DNA of 64,000 bases from the NCBI RefSeq assembly GCF_035594765.1, contig NC_085845.1, positions 140,074,897 to 140,138,896 of the forward strand. The letters are read 5' to 3'. The notes under the pieces were generated by a model. The model was not told the DNA's origin and made no database searches. It worked only from the letters and a program-made list of their open reading frames with translations. Positions 1-12,985 of the stretch are shown piece by piece. Origin of the DNA: Anolis carolinensis (lineage: Eukaryota). Position 1 is the stretch's first letter. Every line of letters starts with the position of its first letter. The position numbers and the translations under genes were made by a program.

Positions 1-2975
1 GGCCCAAAAGAAACAAAAACAATATATCAATAAAATAGAAGAAGGAAAAAAATTTACCAAACAAAAAGAGATAGAAGAACAATTTACTAAATACTATAAA
101 CTCCTATATGCCGATAAGAAAATCCCAAAAGAAAAACCAATACAATATATAGGGAAACAAAAGATAAACAAAGTTACGGAAGAGCAAAGAGAAATATTAA
201 ATGGGAAGATTAAAGAAGAGGAAATACAAGGAGCAATTAAAAACTTACCCAACAACAAGGCACCTGGGCCAGATGGCTTTACCTCAACATATTACAAAGT
301 CTTTATATTAAAGTCTATATATTAACAATACCTCTAAAAAAAGTAATGAACAGGGCATTAGAGGAAAGACAAATACCACATACATGGAAATTTGCAAATA
401 TAACCCTAATACCAAAGGAAAATACAGACAACACAAAGTTCAAGAACCTGATTATTGATTACAAAATTTTCACAAGTATATTAGCAACCAGACTAAAAGA
501 AATATTAATAAAACGGATTGACCAAGAAGACCAGAGAGGCTTTCTACCAGGTCGACACATTAAAGATAACATCAGGACAATCATAAACGCAATTGAACAT
601 TATGATAGAAATAAGCAAAAAGAAGTTGGCTTTCTCTTCCTTGATGCAGAGAAAGTCTTCAATAAAGTCAATTGGAGTTTCATAATAGAATTGTTGAAAG
701 AAATGGACACAGGTTACTATTTCATAAATGCCATTAAAGCCATCTATTCCCATCAATATGCAAATATTATAGTTAATGGTGAAACAACAAAAGAAATTAG
801 CCTACATAAAGGAACAAGGCAGGGCTGCCCCCTCTCTCCCTTGATTTTTATCATGACTTTGGAAGTCTTACTCACAAGAATAAGGAAAAATGAAGAACTA
901 AAGAGACTGAGGGTAAAAAAGGAAAATTATAAATAATGCGCGTTTGCAGATGACGTGGTATATATAATGGAAGATCCGGCAAACCAATGGAACCAATGGT
1001 GGAGTGAACTAGAAGCTTATGGAGAGGTGGCGGGACTTAAAATTAACAAAGAAAAAACTAAAATGCTAATAAAAAACACACCAAAGGAAAAGAAAGAAGA
1101 ATTAATGAAGAAGACAGGTATTAATATTGTAAGAAAAGTAAAATATCTGGGAATAGAGTTAACACCAAGCAATGCACAACTATTAAAAAATAACTATGAC
1201 AAAAAGTGGTCCAAAATTAAGGAAAAGATGAAACGATGGGGGAAACCTCTCCCTTTTAGGAAGAATAGCTGTGATAAAAATGCAAGTTTTACCAGAAGTA
1301 CTCTATCTGTTTCAGACAATCCCAATAATAAGATCCATAGTAACAATCAACAAATGGGAGAAAGACATAAGGAATTTCATATGGAATCACAAAAAATCAA
1401 GAATAAAACATCAAAATCTGAAGGATGACAGAAGACGAGGGGGACTGGGTCTACCAGATATACAACTCTATTATGAAGCTGCTGCATTAACATGGGTTAA
1501 GGACTGGGTAACACTGGACAAGAAGAAAATCCTCACCCTGGAAGGGGAAGATCTAAGGTGAGGCTGGCATGGCTATTTATGGAAAAGCAAAGTAAAAATA
1601 GTTTTTTGTTTTTTTTAGAAATCATGTCATAAGGGCCTCACTAATCAAAATATGGAATAAATATAAGGATACACTGTATACTAAACCACCCCATGTGGTT
1701 TTCTTCAAGCGAGGCGAACCATAGAAAAGAACTCCCCAGCGACAAATGGATAACATACAAACAACTGGTAATTATCAAAAATCAAGAGGTATAATTAAAA
1801 CTGCAAGAACAATTAAAGGAACTAGACCCTACTATAAACTGGCTAAGATACTGTCAAATTAACGAAGAATTTAAAGAAGATAATAAGAAAGGCTCTCAAA
1901 TCGAAGAAACATTCTGGGATAAGATATTGAAGATAGATAATAAACTAATAAGATTAATATACAAACAACTACTCACTTGGTCAATAGAGGAAGAACAAGT
2001 AAAGGAAGTGATGGTAAAGTGGGCCAGAGAAATAGGCCACACAATCAGTATGAGCCAGTGGGAAGAAATCTGGGCCAGAAAGCTAAAATATGCATATGCA
2101 GCCGAGAACAGAGAAAATTGGTTTAAAGTTTTTTACAGGTGGTACCTGACACCGAACAAAATAGCCAAATACAACAAAGGCAAGACTGACGGGAGGTGTT
2201 GGGAATGTGAGAAAAGTATTGGCACATTCATGCATATGTGGTGGGGATGCAATAAAGTGAAGAAATTCTGGTATGAGATACATAAAACAATAGGGAAAAT
2301 TCTACAAAAAACAACTAGAATTTAAACCAGAATGTTTCTTATTAGGTATAAACAACTCACAGCTAGACCAGAATACAGACAATATACTATTTTATCTCAC
2401 CACTGCCACCAGAATAACACTAGCCCAGATTTGGAAAACCAAAGAGTTACCTACGATTGAAAAATGGACCACCAAAGTTCTGGATATAATGAACATGGAT
2501 TTGCTAACGCAAAAACTGTCTCTGAATAGAGCACCAGCTAATAGAACAGATTGGAAAGTGCTGTTAGACTATTTACAAAGAGAAAAAAAATAATGATCTG
2601 TACAAAACTAGACTAAAGAGAGCCCCAAGGAATAATTCAAATAGATATACAGATATGTATATAAGGAAGAGAGAAAAGTAAAAAAGAAAAGAATCAAAGG
2701 AGTTGCTTGAAAGCTCTGGAAGTAATAGAATATTATAGCAACACGACCTCATGTGTGGTGGGTGGATCTCCCATTCCTTTTTTTTCTTTTGCCTTTTTTG
2801 TTTTTTATTTTGTTTTTGTTTTGTTTTTTGTTGCCTTTTCTTCTCTTCCTTTCCTACTTTTGCTACTATGCATTGTTCACCCACTTTTAATGTAAGATAT
2901 AAAACAATATTGGAGAAAAAAAATAAGTTGAACAAAGTTGCTTGTAGAGTATAAATAAAAATGAATATATATAAA
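1..2975 (+). mobile_element. L1-clade LINE, 3' part of ORF2 (RT plus C-terminal CCHC zinc knuckle) and 3' UTR; inactivated
   Basis: KAPGPDGFT near 257-283; RT motifs QRGFLPGR, LDAEKVF, GTRQGCPLSP, FADD (immediately after an in-frame TAA at 934-936) and KYLGI; GGLGLP; CWEC...HMWWGC near 2197-2250. Several stops and frameshifts. T-rich 3' UTR and A-rich end near 2955-2975. Runs off the 5' edge of the window. Confidence 0.95.
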
Positions 2976-3269
2976 GAACAACTTACTAAAACAAGACAAT
3001 TTCAAACCAGCTAATCCCATTTAAGATCATGCTATCCATAATGCATATGTAAATTAGATAAAATTAACTACCCCCTAAAGGCAGCCATAAAAACATATTT
3101 AGATGTGATACTGGAATGGCACCAATATTGGGAGAATATTTCATAGCCCGGGTGCCACAGCAAAGAAGGCCCCTTTCCATATCTTCCCTTGGTGTATTGT
3201 TCCTACTGGTAGGACACAGTGTAGGGATCTCCAATAAATCTAAATTACCAGGAAGTAATGTATTGGGAA

Positions 3270-3480
3270 GCCTAAATATCCTAAAGGCACCAGATCCTGT
3301 CTGATCTTAGAACTTAAGCAAGGTCAACCTTGATTAGCATTTGAATGGAAGACCATCTCCAAGTGCATGTACAGTAGGCTATATTTCAGAGGAAGGAACT
3401 GGAGAAACCACTTCTGAGTATTCCTTGCCTAACAAAAACCTATGAAATAAATGGGGTTTCCATTGGCTGACAGGTCACTA
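3270..3480 (+). mobile_element. 5S rRNA-derived SINE (5S-Sauria-like)
   Basis: gcaccagatcctgtctgatcttagaacttaagcaaggtcaaccttgattagcatttgaatggaagacc aligns by eye to the 5S rRNA segment GCGCCCGATCTCGTCTGATCTCGGAAGCTAAGCAGGGTCGGGCCTGGTTAGTACTTGGATGGGAGACC, followed by a non-5S SINE body. Confidence 0.8.
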
Positions 3481-3660
3481 AGCTCTTGCTACAAGGAAAA
3501 TGAAGCTTCTGACAGATCTGATCTCTCCCCTCCCCTTGTGTGTGTTTCTCAAAGCTTCAGAGCTCTATTTCATAATTCAGAGATTTGAATGATGTGTTAA
3601 TACAAATCTTCAAATTATTAATCAGACTGGGACTCCTCCGAAGCATTAAGAATTGAGACA

Positions 3661-4124
3661 AGTGCCTCTGCTGTCGCTGTGAGAAGGCCCTCCAATGTGC
3701 ATGTGGCAAGGCTCAGACTGCATTGTAGTATGTGGCCTGTGGTTTGCTCTTCTCCACACTCGCATGCCATGGACTCCACTTTGTAGCTTCTTTTATTAAG
3801 ATTGGATCTGCATCTCGTGGTACCAGAGCACAGTCTGTTCAGCGCCTTCCAAGTTGCCCACTGTTCTGTGTGCCCAGGGTGGAGTCTCTCATCTGGCGTC
3901 AGCCACTGATTGAGGTTCTGGATTTTAACATACCACTTTTGGACTTTTGCTTGCTGAGGTGTCCCTGCAAGTATTTCTGTTGATCTTAGGAAGCTGTTTC
4001 TTCTGGTCAAAGGAAATTTAGCATAATGCCAAGTTTTTAACTTTGTGGCTTTTAAAATACATTACAACTGTATTCTCAATTTGCTTCTGACACAATAAAT
4101 AAAACAAAATTGCATCAGAAAAAA
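3661..4124 (+). mobile_element. 5'-inverted, 5'-truncated Ingi/Vingi-like LINE 3' end (3661-4002 inverted on minus strand; 4000-4105 forward)
   Basis: Minus-strand ORF WATWKALNRLCSG...CECGEEQTTGHILQC (C-terminal zinc knuckle); forward 3' UTR ending cacaataaataaaa; flanking TSD aagaattga(g/a)aca at 3648-3660 and 4125-4137. Confidence 0.75.
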
Positions 4125-4604
4125 AAGAATTGAAACAGAAGCATCTAAGACATTTTAGAGAGATTAGGAAAGATTTGTTGTTTTGGAGCATTTCAAGCTG
4201 TGTTTTTTTAAAATGTAACATAATCTGTAATTATCTGGGGTGGGAGGGGGGGTGAGTGGGCTGAGGTGATTGACAACAACAACTGGCAACTGTAGGCTGT
4301 CCCCCCCCCCCTTATCAGCCAATCAGAAGAAGAACCAAGAAGAAAGCCAATCACACAGCTTTCTACAAAGTTGATTTTCTCCCCATAGCGTCTGTGTTTC
4401 TAATATTTGTGGAGTTACAATCACCTGATACTTGCTGGCTGTCTTGGCCATGTTTTTAACCTGCCTGAGGAGTTTGTGTTCTGCAAGGCACCGGTGGACT
4501 GCATGCTCCTGGAGGAACCAGACCAGATCCTTCTTGGGCAGTTCCTTGCTCCGCAGCTGCTCAGGGCTTCAGTACCTCAAGGGTAGCTCCATGATAACAG
4601 TAGT

Positions 4605-4700
4605 AGTAGTAGTAGTAATAATAAATTATTTCTACCCCACCACCGTCTCCCTGAAGGGACTCGGAGTGGCTAACAAAATACAGCGAAGTGCCGCTTATAA
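4605..4700 (-). mobile_element. L2-type 3' tail fragment
   Basis: Microsatellite tail plus ...gggactcggagtggctaaca, the reverse complement of the L2 3' stem-loop seen repeatedly in this window. Confidence 0.55.
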
Positions 4701-5289
4701 ATGATACATAAATCTAAAACAATAAAACCATAAAATTACATAGCTTTGCCATTCAGTGACATGCCTCCTCTAGCTCCTTGCCATCCCACTTTCGCCTCAT
4801 GGAGCTGGGACTGTGTTTCCCAGGCTGCCCTGCAGAACAAGCACTCCCTATAGGATGAATGACACACCCGTCAATTATGTTTTCCTCAAGGCAAAGCCAG
4901 TTGGCCAATAGGATTGTGCCATAGGATAGTCTTCTGGAAATGGCACCCAAGGCAGGCTGGGCAATGTAGCTGGAATTACCCCTTGAAGGCTATTGCCTGA
5001 GGGAACTTGTCTTGTTAAACCATCCCCTTTCATATTCCGCTCTATCTTTTATGAGGCCTCTGCGCAAAGTATGCCGAGAAGCATGCTTCTGCTCTGTGGG
5101 CCCCTCATGGAACAGCTAACAAGACATCTCTTTATTATTCTAGTTATATAGCTGCCACCTGTCTGTGAAGAGCTGAGATAAGCATCATGGCCAAGGAGTT
5201 AGTAGGAGAGAAAGACGTGTGTTCTCATTCTGTGGTTTGTTAACACTTAAACTAGTAGCTTTTTGATAATTCTGTTTTTTCTGTACCTT

Positions 5290-5942
5290 CATATAACTTT
5301 CTTCTGTTGAAATTATCCAATCCCAAACTTATATGTGCTGAAATTGAAAAAATTCTTAAAAATGGACGGATAGAATTATTGTTCTGAAACTTGGCAAGCT
5401 TGCTGTCATGCTCATATTGTCTCACTGTGCAACAGTTTGATGGGATATCTTTAGTAGTTTTAAAAAAATAATTTTTAATTGAAAAAAACTTTTAAAAATT
5501 ACTAAAAATTACTAAAATTACTAAAAATCAGTAAATGAACAGATCTTTCTGAAACTTTGCATGAATGATGTCTGTTTGTGGAGAAATTGAAGAGGATACT
5601 TCTTAAAGTTTTTTTTAATTATTTGTAAAGATTTTAAAAATTTCCTAAAAATCAATGGATGACCAAAACATTATGAAACTTGGCAGGCTTAAAGTTGTAA
5701 ATATTGCCTACAAGTGTGTTTAGTTTCATCCTGCTAACCGTAAAAATGGTGGAGAAATGAGCCTCTAAATTTTCCTCATGGCCTCCAATGGAACAAATTT
5801 TAACCAAACAATTACAAAGGTGCAGAGATTCAGATTACTAATTGAAATGGGGCCTCTCTGAATCTTTACAAAACAAAGCGGGGACCATCCAAATTTCCAA
5901 AACAAATTACTAATTGGATTTCAGCCACTTCACACACCTCTA
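5290..5942. mobile_element. Degraded non-autonomous DNA transposon (hAT-like) with internal subrepeats
   Basis: Repeated gaaacttggca / ctaaaaatca units. Composition resembles the subterminal region of the hAT at 53749-55545. Left end not found. Confidence 0.35.
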
Positions 5943-6584
5943 ATTCTAAATACCTTGTGCTCCTCCTTTGTTCAGCGCAGTCTATTGCCTTCTCCTTTGC
6001 AGTGTTGTTCTCAATGTTTTGCTTTTACTGCTTTCTTTCAGACTCAGCCTTTAGGAAGTGTTTTGATAATTACAAAAAGGAAGATATTACATGACAGACC
6101 ATTATAGCTTATCAGTAGCTGTGCAGCCCTAGTCACCTTTTCACTGTAGTGACATGGAACTCAGCCAATATTATAGACAGAAAGGGGATACAAGTTTGGG
6201 TTTAGAACTTCAGAGATTGACAAAATGTTAGGGGGGGGGGGGGGGGAGAGAGAAAGACCCAGTAAGTCATTTTGCTCCTTCCTGTCAGTGCAGGATCATG
6301 ACCTGTTGTGTCACATCTATTCTCATGCTCTGCTAAATAAAGAAGGAAAGTGGTGGGGCTTAACAATACTTTCATGGGAGAAACTATTTTGCAGTCTTTT
6401 AGGATTTGCTGCCAGGATTTTCTTTCCAAGATTACGTATCTAAATTTAACATATGTCTCACTATGATGTTACTCATTTTTCTTCCACTTTCATCTGTGTC
6501 TGCTATCTTTATGCATGAAGACGGCTAGGCACCTGCTTCCTTTGTTTGCTAGTTTGAACTTTTGAACCTGTCTTTGTTGGGTAT

Positions 6585-6766
6585 ACAGTTGATCTGCATC
6601 TATGGATTCGAAATATTTTAAAAACTCCAAATGCAAACCTTGATTTTGCCATTTTAGGTAAGGGACAACATTTTACTATGGCATTGTGTATAATGACACT
6701 TGAGCATCCACAGATTTTGATATCCATGGGGTGGGGTCTCCTGGAACCAAAACCCAGCAGATATCA
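6585..6766 (+). mobile_element. Tigger/mariner-type MITE, partial
   Basis: Shares gcaaaccttga.tt.gccatttta...ttgagcatc...ggaaccaaa.cccag with the copy at 56956-57174. Confidence 0.65.
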
Positions 6767-7051
6767 ATTTTGGGTTTCTTTTAAATATGTGGTTACTTCC
6801 ATTCCATCTGTTCCAGTGTCTGAGAATTATTCTTATGACTTGTAGTCAGGAAAGATATTCCTATATAGTACTCTAATTATTAATGTTATAAACCCATGTA
6901 TATTCAGGCAGGGGTAGCTGGTGGCTCACATGTTACTAGGCCAGTGAAGCTGTCCAGGGTGCTGAAGCCTATCCCCCACTGAGTATTTTCATTAAAGTTC
7001 AAATTAAATGCGGGAGACCCCTTGGGGAGATGGAGCAGGATACAAATAAAA

Positions 7052-7075
7052 ATGATGATGATGATGATGATGATG
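7052..7075. repeat. (ATG)n microsatellite
   Basis: About 8 ATG units. Confidence 0.9.
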
Positions 7076-7140
7076 GTATGTGGTATGGAAGACACCAATG
7101 GCAACTGCAATGCAGGTGCACAGCAAATATGAATTTGCAT

Positions 7141-7582
7141 TCAGGCTTTGCTTAGGTTGGTGGTCAGATTTCCTTAGAGGAGGGCCAAAACATGCCTTAT
7201 GAAATCCACTGCATTTTCTTGTGTAGAAAGCCAGTCCAGATAATGGAATGGCCAACCATGCTGTTGTTCAGATGCCCATACTAGAGAAATTCCACCCCTG
7301 ATATTAATAGTCCTTTACTCCTTAGTCCACTGCACGCAGGACACATCACAGACTCACTGGACATGCTTTCTGTCATGGTGTGTGATTCCCCCCCCCCCCC
7401 CACTTCCCTTACTTACATCTGGGCTGTGAACATGGTTGGCAATTCCATGATCTGAGTTAGCTTTCTACACAAGAAAGCACAGTGGATTTCATAGGGCATG
7501 CTTTACATAAGCCTACCCCACTCCATTTGTATTTAGATCATGAATGTAGGTGGTTGCACGGGATTTCATATACTTAGCCTGA
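7141..7582. mobile_element. Foldback MITE with long inverted arms
   Basis: 7191-7274 is an imperfect reverse complement of 7416-7500; ends tcaggct / agcctga. Confidence 0.65.
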
Positions 7583-8221
7583 TTTGATACATTTGAAAAA
7601 TGGGATATATTTCACTGATCTCACTTTATTTCTGGTTTCCAGATATCTTTTACGGATCCCTTTTACCCCTGTTGGCACCAGAAACTTTACTATGTTCAGC
7701 TCTTTATATGGGCTGGATTCTTACATATGGAACATACCATAGATTCCAGGTTTGTGTGGGTTCTGCATCTCTAATTCTATGAATATGGAGTAGTGGTTAT
7801 ACATAACCGGATCCTTCAACTGTCCTAATTTGACAGGGTAAGTCCCTATTAATCCTCTACTATACCTTTTAAGCTTTAAAAAATGTCCTGGTTTCTCTCT
7901 CCTCTTCTCACTTTTTCCCATTCTTTTTGACTTAATTCAATTGTTGTAAACTGAGTTCAAAACGAAAAAAGTAATTTGCACACATTGCAGCAGGCAAAAA
8001 AGGAGAGGAGTGGGAAATCTTGCACTCCCCAGCAGCTTCTTCTAGCTTGTCTGTTCTTCCTTGTTCATAACTTGCCATCTTGAACACACCCTTATGTTGT
8101 TTGGTCCCATGAGTCAAAAGTTGGAGAGCATGCACTTCCCACCCTGAACAATTTCTGTGTTTTCAAAGTTTGAAAATTTAGCAGTGAATGGCTGTTGGGA
8201 TCTAAATCAGTGGAAAAGATA

Positions 8222-8592
8222 CCGTATATACTCGAGTATAAGCTGACCCGAATATAAGCCGAGGCACCTAATTTTACCACAAAAACTGGGAAAACTTATT
8301 GACTTGAGTATAAGACGAGGGTGGGAAATGCAGCAGCTACGGGTCAATTTCAAAAATAAAAATAGATATTAATAAAATTGCATTATTTGAGGCATCAGTA
8401 GTTTAAATGTTTTTGAATATTTATATTAAACTGTAATTTAAGATAATAATAAGACTTTAATAAGATAAGACTGTCCAACACTGGATACCTATATACTCAA
8501 GTATAAGCTGATCTGAATAGAAGCCGGCCAGGGGAGCTTTTTCAGCCCTAAAAACGGGCTGAAAAACTAGGCTTATACTCAAGTATATACAG
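8222..8592. mobile_element. Tc1/mariner-superfamily MITE
   Basis: TIRs ccgtatatactcgagtataagc / gcttatactcaagtatatacag; TA on both sides (8220-21, 8593-94). Confidence 0.9.
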
Positions 8593-10571
8593 TAATTTGT
8601 ACCTGGTTTTAGGCTGTTCTCCTGTTAGCTGGAGAACAGCTGTAGCCTTTTTTGGTCATGCCACCAAGTTTTTACTGTATTTTAAGAGGGTGAGATATTG
8701 TTTAAATTGCACTGTAAACTGTTTTCAGTTGCCTTTTAAATTGTTTTGATAGCCACGACTATTTTAATGTTCTATTAATGTTCTATTAGCCAGTTCTATT
8801 TTAATGTTGATCATCATTGTTATTTTAATTGGGGTGGGCTGGGGTTGGGGTATAAATAATGATCATATAAATTAATCTGAACAATCACAGGGGCTGCCCA
8901 TCCTCCAAATAGTTTGGGCATAATTTATGAAAAAAGTTTTAGACTACCTTATAACAACCTCTACTCTAGTCTTTGGATTCACTTATTACTCTGTCATACA
9001 TTATTTTGAGAAGATCTTGATCCATTCAGTTATCTTTTCTGAATTTGTCTTCCATTGTGCTCTCAACAACTCCCCACTCCTTTGCATTTTGAATGTCCTG
9101 TGTGCTAAAGGATCCTTGTTATATTCCTGTTTGGTCCATCCTGCTTTCAATGTAAAGCATGTTAGTCCCCTTCTCTAATTGGCAGAGTTGGCCCTACCAT
9201 TAGCCGGAGTAAGGCAGTTACTTCAATTTGCAGATTTAGTGTATTGTTGAAAGTAACATGTTTTCATTTTGTATTATTGTAGTTTTGCTGTCAAAGGAAA
9301 GGAGAGAAAAGGGAGAGATGTCTGTGGGATTTTTATGCCACATATGCCTGAATAACTGGGCTGGCTTGGATACTCATATTTTAGAGTCATATTTTAGAGT
9401 TTTGAATAAAATATTACTTCAAAGTATTAATTTTGGGACACATCAGTTCTTACATGTAGCTGTTGAGTGATGTCGGTAACATTGCTCAGTGAGCACAAAT
9501 CTCAATTGTCAGTCCAAGACTCAACAATGAAATGTATAACCAAGACTTTAAGAGGGACTTAATAAGAAAGAAACATCCATGAGAATTCATAACTACGTTA
9601 TTGCATTATTGATGTTGCTTAATAGCCTGGCTTTTGTTGGTTCTATGTATTTATATTTTTGAAAACACTAATGGGAAGTAGTTTGACAAAGATGTCTTAG
9701 AAATTACTGAGAATAGGTTATTCACCTCATCTGTCCCAAGTCTCTTAATAACCATTTCTATCAGCATAATGTCTAAAGAAAGTGTTTTAACATGTGCCTT
9801 TATAAGTATTTACAAACTCACTCATAACAGCTGTTTAAAAGCCATTATTGTCTAACAGGTGCATAAAATGCATTTTTGAAGGGTCTTCATAATGTATTTG
9901 CATAATGGGGGAAAAGGTTGTGATCTACTGGGAAAATGGGAAAATTAAAAGACAAGAAAATAGCAATACTTATCAGATTGGTGCAACTATCACTTGACTG
10001 AAGTTATTGGAAAGAAGTCTGATTAATTTCTTGTAGTTAGGTATTAGAGCACTTTGCAAGCTATTTAAAGTTAATGCAGACCTTGAATAATCCCAAAATA
10101 TTCTCGTTTTTTTCCTTTGGCAATTACCTTTTTGCCTTCTACTTCAAAGGCTTTTATTAATGGATTGCTCTTGTTCTAATATTTAAACTCATTTGTGTGA
10201 GGTGGTGGCATTAAGTTAAAGATGGGGGATTTTGCTTTGTTCCTCATCTGTCAGGAGCCCAGAATCAAAAGCAGGAGAGATTATCTGATATGTGAGACAT
10301 GATGTCCAGATTCAACTGGAGATGTTAACATGAGTCAGAATTAGTAATTTTAGTCCAGGGATCCTACACTGCAAACTGGGGTGATACTACTGATAGACAT
10401 GGGGAGGAGGCAATTTTCATTTATATCTTTTTTCCCCTTTGATCTCCAAATATGGGCTCTGGAGCAGAGGTGGCTCAGAAAACACTGGGAATTTGTTTTG
10501 GATTTCAGCCTGAACTTTAAAGAAATTATTAAAGGCACCAAAATTATTCCCAAAACAGAATAAGTACCTTG

Positions 10572-10765
10572 GAGCACCCTTATATCTGCAGGGGATATAA
10601 TTCCAGACTTCACATGAGTATAAAAAACTGTGATAATAGCGAACTTTACTGGAATGAAGAACTTCTGGTTTAGGACTACTACGGAGTTGCACTGGAGAGC
10701 CTCGAAAGGACTTATCAAATGTGGATAAATAAAACCACTGCCTGGAGATATGGGAGGTCATACTG
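10572..10765. mobile_element. Degraded Tigger-like MITE
   Basis: cccttatatctgcagggg ... gatatgggaggtcatactg|ta terminal similarity. Confidence 0.5.
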
Positions 10766-11103
10766 TATAAACCCTATGGTTTTATTTTAACACTCTCTGC
10801 GAATTGTGCACATTTTTACTTATTGTGCCAGTTTGTACCAACTTTTGAAAGTGTCTTACCTCATTTAACACAATACTCAGCCTTGTCCAAAGCAGTGCTT
10901 TGCAAATGTGATTGGCTGCAACTTCATGCTGATTGGAGTTATGAAATTGAGATCCAGTCTATCTGAAGTGCATTTCATGTATTACTTGTGAGTAAGCCCT
11001 ATTGAACACAGTGGAGTTTAAATCCTGTGCAGAAGTAAATTGCCTTGTCCAATTCTTGATGGATTGTCACCTTGTTGTGTTGAGCGCAATCACCAGAGTC
11101 ATG

Positions 11104-12749
11104 TGTCGCGCCCGTCAATTGGGGTTCTAAATTTGCAACCCCCTTTCTTCAGAAGCTTTGCACTCTGGTTAAGGAGAATACCCAACACAAACTGTCTCTT
11201 TAACAAAGAATAGGTTTATATAAAGGTATTTACAAATACAGCAGAGTCCTTGGATTTTTCAGCTGCTTCCACACAATGAATAGTAAACAATAAAGTCCTT
11301 ATCTTCAGCAAGATGCCACAGTCTTGTTCTTCAGACGTTGTAGCAACAATACACCTCCGGCAACTCCAACTTGGACAAAACAGCTCCAGCAACTCCACCT
11401 CAGCATTCAATCTCAGGTGCCAAACTCCAACCTCGAGCTCCAAACTCTCTCCAACCTTCAAACCTCAAGCACCAACCTTGAGTAACATAATGTACTTAGT
11501 CTCTACTTGTAGTACTCCATCTCTAACAGGTGGCTTGATTGTTGCTGGCCATACAATAAATAGTAAACAATAAAGTCCTTATCTTCAGCAAGATGCCACA
11601 GTCTTGTTCTTCAGACGTTGTAGCAACAATACACCTCCGGCAACTCCAACTTGGACAAAACAGCTCCAGCAACTCCACCTCAGCATTCAATCTCAGGTGC
11701 CAAACTCCAACCTCGAGCTCCAAACTCTCTCCAACCTTCAAACCTCAAGCACCAACCTTGAGTAACATAATGTACTTAGTCTCTACTTGTAGTACTCCAT
11801 CTCTAACAGGTGGCTTGATTGTTGCTGGCCATACAATAAATAGTAAACAATAAAGTCCTTATCTTCAGCAAGATGCCACAGTCTTGTTCTTCAGACGTTG
11901 TAGCAACAATACACCTCCGGCAACTCCAACTTGGACAAAACAGCTCCAGCAACTCCACCTCAGCATTCAATCTCAGGTGCCAAACTCCAACCTCGAGCTC
12001 CAAACTCTCTCCAACCTTCAAACCTCAAGCACCAACCTTGAGTAACATAATGTACTTAGTCTCTACTTGTAGTACTCCATCTCTAACAGGTGGCTTGATT
12101 GTTGCTGGCCATACAATAAATAGTAAACAATAAAGTCCTTATCTTCAGCAACATGCCACAGTCTTGTTCTTCAGACGTTGTAGCAACAATACACCTCCGG
12201 CAACTCCAACTTGGACAAAACAGCTCCAGCAACTCCACCTCAGCATTCAATCTCAGGTGCCAAACTCCAACCTCGAGCTCCAAACTCTCTCCAACCTTCA
12301 AACCTCAAGCACCAACCTTGAGTAACATAATGTACTTAGTCTCTACTTGTAGTACTCCATCTCTAACAGGTGGCTTGATTGTTGCTGGCCATACAATAAA
12401 TAGTAAACAATAAAGTCCTTATCTTCAGCAAGATGCCACAGTCTTGTTCTTCAGACGTCGTAGCAACAATACACCTCCGGCAACTCCAACTTGGACAAAA
12501 CAGCTCTAGCAACTCCACCTCAGCATTCAATCTCAGGTGCCAAACTCCAACCTCGAGCTCCAAACTCTCTCCAACCTTCAAACCTCAAGCACCAACCTCC
12601 TACCTTGAGTAACATAATGTACTTAGTCTCTACTAGTAGTACTCCATCTCTAACAGGTGGCTTGATTGTTGCTGGCCATACAGTGATTAGTAATGATCCT
12701 TACAATCATTTACCCATTTTCAGTTAAGAAATGATATAAACCTCTGACA
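11104..12749 (-). mobile_element. Solo LTR (TG...CA) containing a 5x 280-bp tandem array
   Basis: Termini TGTC...GACA; perfect 5-bp TSD tcatg (11099-11103, 12750-12754). Orientation inferred from strand composition only. Confidence 0.85.
11279..12682. repeat. 280-bp tandem repeat, 5 near-identical copies
   Basis: Units start at 11279, 11559, 11839, 12119 and 12399. Identical ORF calls recur every 280 bp. Only a few variants, mostly in copy 5. Confidence 0.97.
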
Positions 12750-12985
12750 TCATGCACTCCCGGGGGTGGGTGGGTGCAAGGGAGGTTCCAGACCGAGCAC
12801 AATCCAAAGACCTCAGTGGTGGATCAGGCAGATGACAACATCTGAGGTCGATATGACATGAATCAAGGTGCACGCAAAGGTGTTAGTGGACAAATTTAAC
12901 TATACATGCATTTTAAATTTTATAATTCATGGTTTAATAGAGTCTAATTAGAGTTTTAATTGATGTGGTACTGTTTTATTGTTTA

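Noticed and set aside
346-2325. Functional reverse transcriptase gene
   Set aside because: An in-frame stop directly before FADD and several frameshifts show this is a dead L1 copy.
3270-3360. 5S rRNA gene
   Set aside because: Diverged, incomplete and fused to a SINE body.
11279-12682. CRISPR-like array, or tandem gene family of 86-aa and 72-aa ORFs
   Set aside because: The units are identical along their whole length with no unique spacers, there are no cas genes and the context is eukaryotic. The ORFs are low-complexity products of a C/A-skewed LTR and are frameshifted in copy 5.
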